Below are positions 1 through 11,589 of a stretch of DNA of 64,000 bases, piece after piece. The stretch is from Cetorhinus maximus (taxonomy: Eukaryota). The notes under the pieces were generated by a model, which saw only the letters and a list, made by a program, of their open reading frames with translations, was not told the origin of the DNA and ran no database searches. Location of the stretch: assembly GCF_964194155.1 (NCBI RefSeq), contig NC_135901.1, positions 1,550,001 through 1,614,000 on the forward strand, written 5' to 3'. The position numbers were made by a program, and so were the translations under genes. Within the stretch, counting starts at the first letter, position 1; the number at the start of each line of letters is the position of its first letter.

Positions 1-323
1 TCTAACTGCTTGGAGTGTTCCGCGGCAGCGTGGCCAGACCCATCCTTCACAACACCGGGGACAGGTAGAACCTCAGCACGTAGAGACACTTGGTGTTTGC
101 GTACCGAGGGTCTACGCACAGCTTGATGCAGCCGCACACAAAGGTGGCCCATCAGGATGAGGGCGATGTTGGGCATGTTTTTCCCCCCCTTATCTAGAAG
201 CTTGTACATCATGTCCCTGTGGACATAATCCACTTTCGACCTCTAGATAAAGCGAAAGATGGCTTGGGTGATCGCCATCGCTCAGGAGTGTGGAATGGGC
301 CAGACCTGCGCCACGTACAGCAT
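1..323 (-). mobile_element. Tx1/L1-clade non-LTR retrotransposon ORF2 fragment (post-RT region), decayed
   Basis: Minus strand reads approximately MLYVAQVWPIPHS*AMAITQAIFRFI*RSKVDYVHRDMMYKLLDKGGKNMPNIALIL...FVCGCIKLCVDPRYANTKCLYVLRFYLSP. This resembles the Tx1-type region after RT (FxW...GGxxxP). Contains stops. Confidence 0.7.
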
Positions 324-324
324 G

Positions 325-532
325 AAGCTCTGAAATTCCTTCCCTAAACCTCTCGGCCACTTTCCTGATTAAAGATGCTTGTTACAATCTGCCTCTCGAA
401 TCCAGCTTTTGGCCATCTACCTTAATATCGCCCTTAGTGACTCAGTCTCTAATTTTGCTTTCTGAAACTCCTCTGAAGCACCTTGTGAAGTTTCATTGCA
501 ATAAACGTGTTCAATAAATACAAGTTGTTACT
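325..532 (+). mobile_element. L2-type LINE 3' tail fragment
   Basis: 'tgaaattccttccctaaacctctc...gcttttggcca...tgaagcaccttg...aataaatacaagttgtt' resembles an L2 3' UTR. Confidence 0.5.
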
Positions 533-964
533 CTTTCACGACAATCAGTTTGCACAAAGTAAGATTCTGAAAAAAGCAATTAGATGAATAACCAATAAGT
601 CCAGTTTTTTTTGGTGGTGTCAGTTAAAACACGAATGTTGGCCCCACTGCACCAGGAGAACTCCCCTGCGGACAGTATGTGGAGTTATTGAGGTCTCCTG
701 AGCTGAGAGTGGAGCTGATTGAGCTGTCGGGCCTGCAGTGTACCTTGAAGAGCCGCTGTCTGGGTTCTTTCCTCTTAATTCACTGACTCCCCACTGAAGT
801 TCTTTATGCAGTAAACTAGTTAATTTTGAATCTCAATCCCAATTTCATCTTTGGAGCAAAATCTACAGCTTTAAATTAGCTGTAATAAAGAAAGGTCTAG
901 TGTTCATATAGCACCTTTCATGCCCTCAAAACATCCCAAAGCGATTCACAGTCAATGATGCATT

Positions 965-1740
965 TTGGAAGGAAGAATGAGGAAAGGCAGTGTAAACTAA
1001 ATGGTACAATTTTAAACAGAATGCAGGAACAGAGTGACCTAGGTGTGTAAGTGAACAAATCCTTGAATACAACAGGACAAGTTGATCAAGCTGTTTGAAA
1101 AAAGCTAATGGGGACCTTGGAATAATCAATAGAGGTATGGAGTACAAAAGCAAGTCAGTTATCTCAAACTTTGTAGATCTGTGGCTAATTCTAAACTGAA
1201 ATATTTTGTTCAATTCTGTGTACCACACTTTAGGAAAGATGTCAAGGCTTTGAGAGGGTGCAGGGAAAATTTACCAGAATAGTATCAGGATGAGAGGTTT
1301 CAGCTATGTGGAGGGGCTGGAGAAGCTGGGATTGTTCTCTTTGGAGCAGAGAATGTTAAGGAACGATTGAATAGAGGTGTGGACATTTTTGAAGAGTTTT
1401 CATCTACATGGGGATAAATTGTTTCCATTGGCAGGATGGTTGGTAACCGCAGGATACAGATTTAAAACAATTGGCAAAAATCCAGGGTGTAGATGAGTAG
1501 AGACTATTTTACTTGGTGGGTTACGATTTTCTGGAACCCATTGTCTGAAAGACTGGTGGAAGCAGATTCTGTTGTAACTTTCAAAACTGATTTGGACCTT
1601 GATTTAATAAGGAAAGATTTGGAGGGCTCTCGGAAAAGAACATGAGAGTGGGGCGGATTGATCACATTTTCAGAGACAATGCAGGCACAATGGGCTGAAT
1701 GGTCACCATCCGTGATCTATGATTCCATCATATGATGTTT
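965..1740 (+). mobile_element. CR1 LINE 3' fragment, decayed
   Basis: CR1 ORF2 C-terminal motifs (YxVQFxxPHFRKD, LEKLGLFSLEQR) followed by a tail 'gggctgaatgg...ctatgattc'. Confidence 0.75.
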
Positions 1741-1920
1741 ACTATGAATCATATTGTTAAAGATCATTGAATCTCCTAATACAACAGCAGAGAAGGAGGC
1801 TCCATCCAATGACCTCTCACCTGACAGTTCACAATACACAAGGAATTGATTGCAGCTCTGGACCAAGAGGAAGAGGGTGCGGGACAGAAGGACTGAGTAG
1901 CAGCCCCTGATCCTCCAGCT

Positions 1921-2310
1921 AGGGGAGGCAGTGGCGTAGTGGTATTGTCACTTGACTAGTATTTCAGAGACCCAGGGTAATGTTCTCGGGGCCTGGGATT
2001 GAATCCTGCCACGGTAGTTGGTGAAATTTGAATTCAATATGTGGGCGTTGCTGACAAGGTCAGCATTTGTTGCCCATCCGTAATTGCTCTTAACAAGGGG
2101 CTGGTGAACCACGTTCTTGAATGCAACTGAGTGGCTTGTTCAGACAACTCAGAAGGCAGTTAAGAGTCAACCACATTGCAGTGGGTCTGGAGTCACATGT
2201 AGACCGGATAAGGATGGCAGATTTCCTTCCCTGAAGGACATTAGTGAACCAGAGGGGGTTTTTAGAACAATTTTTGATAGTTGTCATGGTCACCATTACT
2301 GAGACTAGCT
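1921..2310. mobile_element. Two tRNA-derived SINE pieces (head on +, 1921-2038; body and tail on -, 2039-2310)
   Basis: A box TGGCGTAGTGG and B-box-like GGATTGAATCC. The adjacent piece matches the SINE body 'caaccacattgc...ggtctggagtcacatgtag' found throughout the window. Confidence 0.7.
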
Positions 2311-2432
2311 TTATTATGCAGATATAGTCCTTCAGAGCTGAGGAAGAAAAGTCATATTGGACTCGAAACATTAACTCTGTTTCTCTCTCCACTGATACTC
2401 CCAGACCTGCTGAGTTTTTCCGGCACTTTCTG

Positions 2433-2782
2433 TAGATGAAGCTGGATACACAAGTGATGCAGATGAACAGCAAGTCCCAGGTGTGAACTCGCTGTGCATC
2501 CAGAGACTGGATAACTGATTGAATGTCTTCCCACACGCACAGCACGTTTTACTGCTTCACACCAGTGTCAACTCGCTGGTGTTTCTGGAATCTGGATGAT
2601 TTGATGAATCATTTCCCACACATGGAACTGATAAATGGCCTCTCCTCCGTGTGGCAGTATCGATGTGGGTTCTAGCAGGAATGGACAACTGAATCTTTTC
2701 CCAAAATTCCCACATTCCCATGGTTTCTCCATACAATGGGTGTCCTTGTGTCTCTACAGGTTGGACAATCAGTTGAAGCCTT
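2433..2782 (-). pseudogene. C2H2 zinc-finger relic (ZNF-0)
   Basis: Minus strand GFN*LSNL*RHKDTHCMEKPWECGN...HQRVDTGV...CVWEDIQSV...QRVH, with stops and indels. Truncated at its 5' side by a CR1. Confidence 0.7.
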
Positions 2783-3308
2783 ACATAGGATTAACAGGAT
2801 ATACAGCACAGAAACAGGCCATTTGGCTCAACCAGTCCATATCGGTGTTTATGTTCCACTTGAGCCTCCTCCCACATTTGTAGATCTAAACCTACCGTTG
2901 TAACCCAGTATTCTCTTCTCTGTTAAATGCTTGTCCAGCATCCCCTTAAATACATCCAAGTTATTCACTTCACCCACTCCCTGTGGTAGTGAGTTACACA
3001 TTCTCACCACTCTCTGGATGAAGTTTCTTCTGAATTCCCTGTTGGATTTCTTGGTGACTATCTTATATTGATGGTCTCTAGTTATGTTCTTCCCCACAAG
3101 AGGAAACATCCTCTCTATCAAAACCTTTCATCATTTTAAAGACCTCAATTAGGTCACCCCTGAGCCTTCATTTCTCAAGAGAGATGAGACCCAGCCTGTC
3201 AATCCTTTCTTGATATGTAAACCTACACATTTCTGGTATCATCTTTGCAAATCTTCTCTGCTCCCTCTCCAGTGTCTCTAAATCCTTTTTATAATATGGG
3301 GACCAGAG
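2783..3308 (-). mobile_element. CR1 LINE 3' fragment
   Basis: ORF 2849..3121 (ERMFPLVG...FRRNFIQRVVRMCNSLPQ) is the CR1 ORF2 C-terminus. Confidence 0.8.
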
Positions 3309-3519
3309 AAATGGAAAGCTCAGTTTGCTGAGAAGAGGGTCCAGAGAAAACAGAGACCAGTGAATCCTGCACCTTCTCAGCCCACGGTCTTCCTCTGCAG
3401 CAATTACAGCAGATACTGTCCTTGTAGAGTGAGGCTCCTGAACTATACCAGGTGATGTTTAAAACACAGCTGAACACTTAGGATTCAAACCAAATGAGAC
3501 AGAAGGCTTCTATGCCAAA

Positions 3520-5340
3520 CGGAACTGCACACAGTAGTGTGGTCTAACCACGGTCTGATAAAGATTTAGCATAATCTACTTTAAAGCCTATTCCTTGATT
3601 TCTTTTTTTTTACAGCCTTGCTAACCTGGGGGACAACTTTTAGTGACTAATGTATTTGTACTTTGAGTTCCGTTTGTTTCTCTACCCCACCCAGGCTCAC
3701 ACCTTCCGTAGAATAACTGACCTCCTTACTCTTCCGACCAAACGTACTCCCTCACATTTCTCTGTGTTGAATTTCATTTGCCCATTATTTGTCCACTCTG
3801 TAAGTTTATTACAATCCTCCTATAATTTATTGCAGTGCTCCTTAGTACTGACTAACTCCACCCCCCACCCCCCCAAATTTGGTGCAATCCACAAATTTAG
3901 AGATTGTGTATTAGATTCCAAAGTCCAAATGGTTAATGTAAATTGTGTACAGCTGTGGTCCCAGCACTGTTTAACATAGTGTTGAATGCTTAAGATGCAA
4001 ACCATCGTTTCACAAGACAGAAGGATGAGGATGACAGAGATATGCTGAACAGAATTGCATGCAGTACTCTAAGTGTGGTCTAACCAAGGTCCAATAAAAA
4101 ATGTGCATAACTTCCCTGTGTTTCAATTCTGTCCCTCTAGCAATAAAGCCAATTTCTTAGTTTATTTTATTTACGGCTCTGAGATCTTTCTGTTTCTCCC
4201 CCCATCTATAATTGCAACTTCCAAGTGATAAGTGTCCTCCCTATTCTTCCTCCCAAAATGTACTGCCTCACAGTTCTCTGAGTTGAATGTAATTTGCCAA
4301 TTATTTGCCCATTCTGCATTTTATAAATACCCTGTAATTTATTGCAGCCCTCCTCAATACTGACCACCCACCCCACCCACCACCACCCCCATTTGGTGCC
4401 ATCTGCAGATTTTGAGATTGTGTAATTGATTCCCAAGTCCAAATAGTTAATGTAAATTGTGAACAGCCGTGGTCCCAGCACTGATCCTTGCGGAACATCA
4501 CTTCCCACCTTCTGTCACTCAGAATAACTCCCCTTTACTCTCACTCTCTGCTTTCTGTCTTGAAGCTAGCTGGAAATCCATTCTGTCCCTTGTCCCCTGA
4601 CTCCACATTCTCTGACCCTATTCATTAGTCTATTATGGGGCATCTTATTGAAATCCAGATGAATTACATTGACAGCACTGTCATTGTCTAGTCTCTTCAT
4701 TACCTCCTCAAAACATTCAATAGGGTTGGTTGGACAAGACTTTCCCTTTTGAAATCCATCCTGAATATTCATTCTCATTTCTAGATGTTCTTCGATTCCT
4801 TCCTTTCATAAGGTTTACATTATCTTTCCTGTGTTAAGCTGATTGGCCTGACATTCCATGGGCATGTTCTGTCCCCCTTCTTAAATACAGGAATAACATT
4901 AGCTATCCACCAGTCCTCTGGATGTATGTTCATATGTTCCTCTGGCGCTACACCTTTGTGAATGAATTATGAGCAGTACTGCCTGAACTATCTCTTCCCT
5001 AGATTCTTTTAAAGTTTCTGAATTCAATCCATCTGGACCACTGTAGCTCCTTTGCATTTTATTAGTTTAATAAACACATCCTTTCTTGGCTTTAAATGAA
5101 CTTATCTCATTACTCATCTCATCATTAAAATTATGTTTCCTTGTTCTCTCTTCCTGGGAAACAACAAGGCAAAACAATTATTGAATATTTCTACCATCTC
5201 TCGATCATCACCAGTGGTATTATCCTGCCTGTCCCTTAATGGTCCAATTCACATCATTGGCTTCCTCTTTTATTGATGTGCCTGAAAAATATTTTACTGT
5301 TTTATTTCATGGTCCTTGATAATTTAATTTCATAATGGAG
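3520..5340 (-). mobile_element. Older CR1 LINE fragments (RT region, partly duplicated)
   Basis: SDVPQGSVLGPRLFTIYIN...SADGTK (4206..4508) and QDGFQKGKSCPTNPIECFEEV...IHLDFNK (4566..4778). 3520-3970 repeats part of 4050-4480. Confidence 0.8.
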
Positions 5341-5730
5341 GTGTCACTGTGAAGAATGTGTAAGTCAGTAAGAATTGTCAGCAAGGATTAATCAGCACTT
5401 TCTAATTGGGGATGTTCATCAGTGGAACATTTCAGACACTAAATTGTAGATTTTCCATCAAAGATCAATTTAGGATTGAAGTAAAAGTTCATAATTTTAT
5501 TTTAAATGAGTTCCTGGTGAAAACCAATGAATTAAGGTGAAAGATCACAGATGGTGCTTTTGAAAAGAGACACTGCAGCCGCGAAAATCAGTGGCATCTC
5601 CAGGATATTAAACTCCAGCCAGTTAGCGAAAGGGAATATTAACATCAGCAGAAAAAAACTTAATATTGTCAGACAATCAGTCCTGGACGTGATTAACAGC
5701 AGCAATAACAGCAGAATCCAACCCTTGTAA

Positions 5731-6321
5731 TCACTTATGGACGCGTTGGTGTTTCATCAGGTTAGATGACTGGGTGAATCCCTTCCCACACACGGAGCAG
5801 GAGAATGGCCTCTCCCCAGTGTGAACGCGCTGGTGTGACTGCAGGTTGTTTGACTGAGCGAATCCTTTCCCACACTCGAAGCAGGTGAATGGCCTCTCCC
5901 CAGTGTGAACTCGCTGGTGTGTCAGTAGGTGGGATGAATTAATGAATCCCTTTCCACACTTGGAGCAGGTGAATGGCCTCTCCCCAGTGTGAACATGCTG
6001 GTGTGTCAGCAGAGCAGTTGACTGAATGAAGCCCTTCCCACACGCAGGGCAGGAGAATGGCCGCTCCCCAGTATGAATTCTCTGGTGTACAGTGAGGTTA
6101 GATGAACACCTGAACCTCTTTCCACAGTCAGTGCAGCTGAATGGTCTCTCGTCTGTGTGAGCTTGCTGGTGTGACTGGAGGGCAGAGAACTGAGTGAATC
6201 TCTTCCCACACTTGGAGCAGGTGAATGGCCTCTCCTCAGTGTGAGTGCGTTGATGACTTTTCAGCTTAGTTGGACAAGTGAATCCCTTCCCACATTGCCC
6301 GCATTTGCATGGTTTCTCCAT
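5731..6321 (-). CDS. C2H2 zinc-finger protein, 7 fingers (ZNF-1)
   Basis: Seven CxxC-12-HxxxH units with TGERPF-type linkers; true ATG (MEKPCKC). Decayed fingers with stops lie upstream in the same exon (acceptor near 6699). Confidence 0.8.
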   Translation of the reverse strand: MEKPCKCGQCGKGFTCPTKLKSHQRTHTEERPFTCSKCGKRFTQFSALQSHQQAHTDERPFSCTDCGKRFRCSSNLTVHQRIHTGERPFSCPACGKGFIQSTALLTHQHVHTGERPFTCSKCGKGFINSSHLLTHQRVHTGERPFTCFECGKGFAQSNNLQSHQRVHTGERPFSCSVCGKGFTQSSNLMKHQRVHK

Positions 6322-7169
6322 GCTGTGGACGTCCTTGTGATTCTCCAGGTTGGATGATCAGCTGAACACACTGGACACTCATCCACACGCACAACATATG
6401 TAAAATTTCTCCCCACTGTGAATATTGAGATGCGTTTTCAGGCTGTGTAACTGGTGAAAGCTCTTTCCACAGTCAGTGCACTGGGACAGGCTCACTCGGG
6501 AGTGTATGTGTCTCGGTGTTCTTCCAGTCACGCTGATGTTTGAAATATTTTTCCTTAGACAGAACAGACAAACATCACTCCTTCCACATTCAAAGGCTGA
6601 TGATATTCAGGTCCTGATGAATCGAGTGACTCTGTCAGATGGTGACGTCATGTTTGATTTGAGTTTCATGTCTGTAAATTGTCCCCTTCAAAAAGCCTGT
6701 AAAAGGAGATTACAAAAGTCATGTCAGTCAGGATATAAATTTATCAAATAAACTAATTTCTATTGAATATTTTTTCTTGATCCCTCAAAGGTGCAAGTCC
6801 CTTTCCCGCACACTCTCCCACCTCAATGTATGGACACAATGGGCCGAATAGCTTCCTCTGTGCCATTATGATTCTGTGGCTGTTTTATGTCATCTCACCT
6901 TGTAATTTAACACTTGGGTCATCACTGTAAATACAGGACAGAAATTCAGAACAGACAATTCTCGTTTCTATGCAACATTTCTTCCTCTCTTGTTCCCCCA
7001 AAGCTGTAAATCCCCATCCCACACACTCTCCCTCCTCCCTGGGCTGAAATCCAAACCCATCTCACCATCTCCGCCATCTCTTTCCTCCACTCCCAGTTTT
7101 CTCCATCCCTCTCCTCTGCCTGGGTTCAGTTCAATCCTGCATTGAATGTGGGGACAAATTTAATGCTTC

Positions 7170-7480
7170 TGTCACCGTGGGGATGTCCCGCAGCTCGGAC
7201 CCGGAGCTCCTTATTCGGGGCTGCAGGCCTCCAGCGGGTGTTTCTGGAAGCTCCCTGCCCAGTCCGCTGGCTCTATTCCTCCCACAGCCAGCGGCTCCAA
7301 TACTCTGCAGCACGCGCCGCCTCCAGCCCTTCCGTCTGTCCCCGGGAACAGCCCCAAATGCGCATGCGCCAGTCACTGCCCCGCACTGCGCCGGCGTGGG
7401 GACTTCCTGCAGTGAAAATAGGGCACATTCTGACCCGCTGCGAATTCTGGGTAAGGTCCCTGCCATATTGCAGGGGGATT
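7170..7480 (-). promoter_or_regulatory. CpG-rich promoter of ZNF-1
   Basis: NRF1-type TGCGCATGCGC at 7359-7369; Staf/ZNF143-type TTACCCAGAATTCGCAGCGG on - at 7435-7454. Homologous to four other promoters in the window. Confidence 0.65.
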
Positions 7481-7984
7481 TTGTTGAGTCGAAAATTTTA
7501 TTTTGTGACCCGATTACAATTGGAGCCAAACGACCAAGCCATAAAATCCATTGCTACAGCAACCAACGTGCACTGCCCTCTAGCAAGAGTTCAGTCCTGG
7601 CTGTATTAAACAACTGAGCAAACCTTTATAGTTAGGTGCGAACTTAACTCCCTACAGTTAGGAGCCTCAGCAGATGGGACGAAGAAGTGATTTTTTTTCC
7701 CATCCATGGAACACTTAAACTGCATTAAGAATGCACTGATGGTGGATCAAATCCTTTGAACCTTTAAAGCTGGAATATTGGCACGTGGGGAAACTGAGTA
7801 AATCCCTTCAGTAAATCTCCAGTGTGACTGTGCTGCTGTGTTATTTCCACATTCAGCTGGCAAACAATCTTTTGCCAACCAAATGCCTGCATATTGGAAG
7901 GAGCAGTACTGCAGTGGGAGAGAGGTCTGTGTTTCCAGCTATTATTCACCATCCTCCATTTCAGACATTATCCCATTAGCTGAA

Positions 7985-8332
7985 TTTTTTTTATTCGTTA
8001 ATGGGATGTGGGCCAGCATTTATTAACCATCCTTAATTGCCCTTGTTAACAGCATTTAAGAGTAAACCACATTGCTGTGGGTCTGGAGTCACATGTAGGC
8101 CACACCAGGTCAGGGCGGCAGATTACCTTCTTAAAGGGCATGAGTGAATCAGATGGGTTTTTACAACAATCGAGAATGGTTTCATGGTAATCATTAAGCT
8201 TTTAATTCCAATTCCAATTGAATTCAAATTCCACTATATGCCATCGTGGGGTTCAAACCTGGGTCCCCAGAGCCTTACCCTGGGTCTCTGGATTACTAGT
8301 CCAGTGACAATACCACTATGCCATCACCTCCA
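7985..8332 (-). mobile_element. tRNA-derived SINE, near full length
   Basis: Minus-strand head GGTGATGGCATAGTGGTATTGTCACTGGACTAG...GGTTTGAACCCC; tail cccacatcccattaacgaataaaaaa. Confidence 0.8.
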
Positions 8333-8794
8333 AGCAGCTGGTCTGTAACACTATGGAGCATCTGCAAAGTTGTTTCTTGCCCTTACGGAGAAGGCCGGGG
8401 CAATCTTCACTCTTAATCCACCAATGCGATATTAAGCATAACATGTTGGAGAATGACTGGATTTCAGTGCAGTGACACCGGGCCAGGATACAGTTCCATT
8501 CATAAGATTGACAAGAGCAAGAGGACGGAATTTCAAACTGTGTCTGCCTCCTCTCTGCATTTTCTAGATTAAAACTTGACTTGAATCGATTACTTTTTGT
8601 CTTGAATATATTCCAAGATGGAAATCCAAGAATATTTGGATACTAGGGGAATCAATGGATTTGGGAATAGGGCAGGAAACTGGAGTTGAGGTGTAAGATC
8701 ATTTAATGATGGAGCAGGCTCAAAAGCCGTATAGTATATCCCTGCTCCTATTTCTTGTGTTCTTATGAACATCACTGTGAATTATTTCCATGTG

Positions 8795-9485
8795 AGCACC
8801 GCAGATGCAGCACCTGCCCTTTCACCTCCTGCCTTCCCATGTTCCTGGGCCACAAACACACTTTCCAAGTGACTCAGTGATTTACTTGTACTCCTTGCAA
8901 TTCGCTGTTTTGTATTCACAATTTGGTCTTCTCTAAATTGAAGAGACTAAATCCAGATTGGGTGATTGCCTTGCAAAACATCATCATTCCATCTGCAAAT
9001 GTGATCCTGAGCTTTTGGTCTTTTACCCTTTTAATTCTCCACCTCACTCTGACCTCTCTCTCCTCAGCTTCTTGTGCTGTTCCAATGAAGCTCAATGGAA
9101 ACTCAAGGAACAGCAGCTCATCTTTGATCAGGCACTTTACAACCTTCCCGACTCCACATTCATTTCACCAATTTCAGATCATCACCACCACTTCTATCTT
9201 TTCCGAGAGTAGGTGCTGGTATTGGTTCTGCTGTTTCCATTTATACCTCCTCTGGACCAGTCTATTGTTTCTTCACTTGTCCCATTAGTTTATTTACTTG
9301 TCTCCTTATCACCCAATTTTGCTTTGAATCATCATTCCCTTTGTCATTTAATCACTCTAGCCTTCAATGCTATCATGAGACTGTTTGTTCCTTCCTCCTC
9401 TCCACCTCTATTTTTCCTGACTCTGTACTTGCCTTGTAAACTATTAAATCTCTAAATTCTTCTGGTTGGATAAAAAGTCATCAGC
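8795..9485 (+). mobile_element. Penelope-like element, GIY-YIG endonuclease C-terminus and 3' region
   Basis: ETKSRLGDCLAKHHHSI...FNSPPHSDLSLLSFLCCSNEAQWKLKEQQLIF matches the Penelope endonuclease pattern. Paralogous copy at 26570-27245. Confidence 0.7.
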
Positions 9486-10465
9486 GGCTTTTGTGTGGAA
9501 AGATAATGTGATAACCACGACACTACAGATATCAGTGTCATAAAGTCCAGACAGAGGCCATAAATCTCTCATTCTATTTCACAAACAGGAAATGCTGGGA
9601 ATACTCTGTGGTCAAACCAAGTCTGTGGACAGTGAAACACTTCATGGTTCAGGTCGCTTTACTTTCATAGAACCAGAAAAAAGTTAGAGATGTTACTGAT
9701 TTTGAGAAAGTTCACGGACAGGGAAAGAGGGAGGTGAATGAACTGAAGAGAAGGTTTATGATTTCGTGGAAGGCAGGAGAGATTAAATAACAAAAGGATG
9801 GTTATGCAAGGAAAAAGTGATAGTAATGGAGATAGTGAAGAAACACAAGGTGGAAGAGCCATTCTGTATCTGTCATCTATTTCTACTCTGATTGGAAATG
9901 TGTTGCTTCTCCGTTGATCCATTTCACTTCTGTCCCACACTGAAAACTCTCAATATTTCTCCACTATTACCTTTTATAAACATCTCATTGAACGAATCCA
10001 CAGATCAACAAAGGAAGTTTTGTTTTTAAACATTGCAACAATGAAGCATAGAAATATTTATGTTCCAGAATGAGGCCATTGGATCCATCATGTCAATGGA
10101 TCCATGAAGCAGGTTCAAGGCTCAGGCAAGGGGGAAACTCTAGTTACCATTTGTGCCAGTGGACTAATGGAAGAGATGGAAGCAGCAGAGGCAGCTGATC
10201 GGATTGTCTCAATCTTAGTGACAAAGAAGATCCATGAGATGAGGATGGAGAAGAAAAGGGAGAGCACTTCAAAAGAAACTAACTTGTGTCAGAGATATTA
10301 AAATGACCCGATGCACTGTGCTTAACAGAAGGCTAATTTATTTGACTTTATCCGGAATATTACCACCTATAACTGGTCTGGAGTTTATTAACATCCGCAG
10401 AAACAGACCCCAATAAACAGGGTTCAGTCCTGGATGTAATTAGCAGCAAAATCCAATCACTGTAG

Positions 10466-11083
10466 TTACTTGTGAACCTGCTGGTGCTTCAGCAAGTGGG
10501 ATGACTGAGTGAATCCCTTCCCACACTCTGAGCAGGTGAACGGTTTCTCCCCAGTGTGAATTCGCTGGTGTACAGTGAGGATAAATGATCGCCTGAACCC
10601 AGTTCCACAGTGAGAGCACCTGAATGGTCTCTCGTCAGTGTGAACACGTTGATGGTACATCAGTCCACTGGAATTTTGATAACACTTCCCACACTCTGGG
10701 CATTGAAAAGGTCTCTTGTCAGTGTGGACTCGCTGGTGTTTCAACAAATTTGATAACTGAGTGAATTCCTTCCCACAGTCAGAGCAGGAGAACAGCCTCT
10801 CCCCAGTGTGAACTCGCTTGTGAGCCAACAGGTGCAAAGACTTAGTGAATCCCTTCTCACACATGGAGCAGGTGAATGGCCTCTCCCTGGTGTGACTGCG
10901 CTGATGAGTTTCCAGCCTGGATGGGTAACTGAATCCCTTCCCACAGTCCCCGCATTTCCACAGTTTCTCCCCGGTGTGGCAGTGCTTTTGTTTTGACAGT
11001 CCAGGTGATTGGCTGAAGCCTTGCCCACACACAGAACCCGTGTATGGTTTCTCCCCACTATGAATGGTGCTATTTCCTTCCAT
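10466..11083 (-). CDS. C2H2 zinc-finger protein, 7 fingers, first degenerate (ZNF-2)
   Basis: Open frame [13 protein letters not shown]...HQQVHK*. ATG at 11083 (the ORF track used an upstream TTG). AATAAA on - near 10337-10342. Confidence 0.8.
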   Translation of the reverse strand: MEGNSTIHSGEKPYTGSVCGQGFSQSPGLSKQKHCHTGEKLWKCGDCGKGFSYPSRLETHQRSHTRERPFTCSMCEKGFTKSLHLLAHKRVHTGERLFSCSDCGKEFTQLSNLLKHQRVHTDKRPFQCPECGKCYQNSSGLMYHQRVHTDERPFRCSHCGTGFRRSFILTVHQRIHTGEKPFTCSECGKGFTQSSHLLKHQQVHK

Positions 11084-11589
11084 GTTCAAACTCCAATTAT
11101 GCGCAGGTTAGAATAAATTAGGCGACTTCATCAGATCCTGATATGATGTTGGGTGTGAGTTTCTGAATGCAAAGCCTCCCCTTCCAATACCTTGTGAAAT
11201 TGATTAAAAACAGAAAAAAGGGAGTGAGAGAGAATCAGAAAAAGTACAAAAGCAGGTTGTGAAATGCAGCTGAATGAATCTGGTAATTTGCAGTGCCAGC
11301 ACCAGGAGAAAGTGACCATGAAAACTGCTGGGCTGTCATAAAATCCCAACTGGTTCACAAATGTCCTTCAGTGAAGGGGATCCGCCACCCAGACTGGCTC
11401 TATACAAGACCCTTTGGAAGAAGAGAGAGAGATAGAGATGGGAGAGGCAGGAGATGAAGTTGAGGGGTTATATTTACCTACAACTTAACCAGAACTTTGA
11501 CTGAACATCCCAAACCACCAAACTCCTCTACCTAGAAGGACCAGAGTAGCAAGTGTACACCATCACCTCTAAGTCACACATCACTCTGA

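Noticed and set aside
1921-2038. tRNA genes (A/B boxes here and near 8300, 19440 and 51510)
   Set aside because: Each continues into the same SINE body and lacks a full cloverleaf.
7131-7617. Overlapping ORFs of 132-155 aa in the CpG island
   Set aside because: GC-rich sequence with few stops; not conserved as frames in the paralogous promoters.
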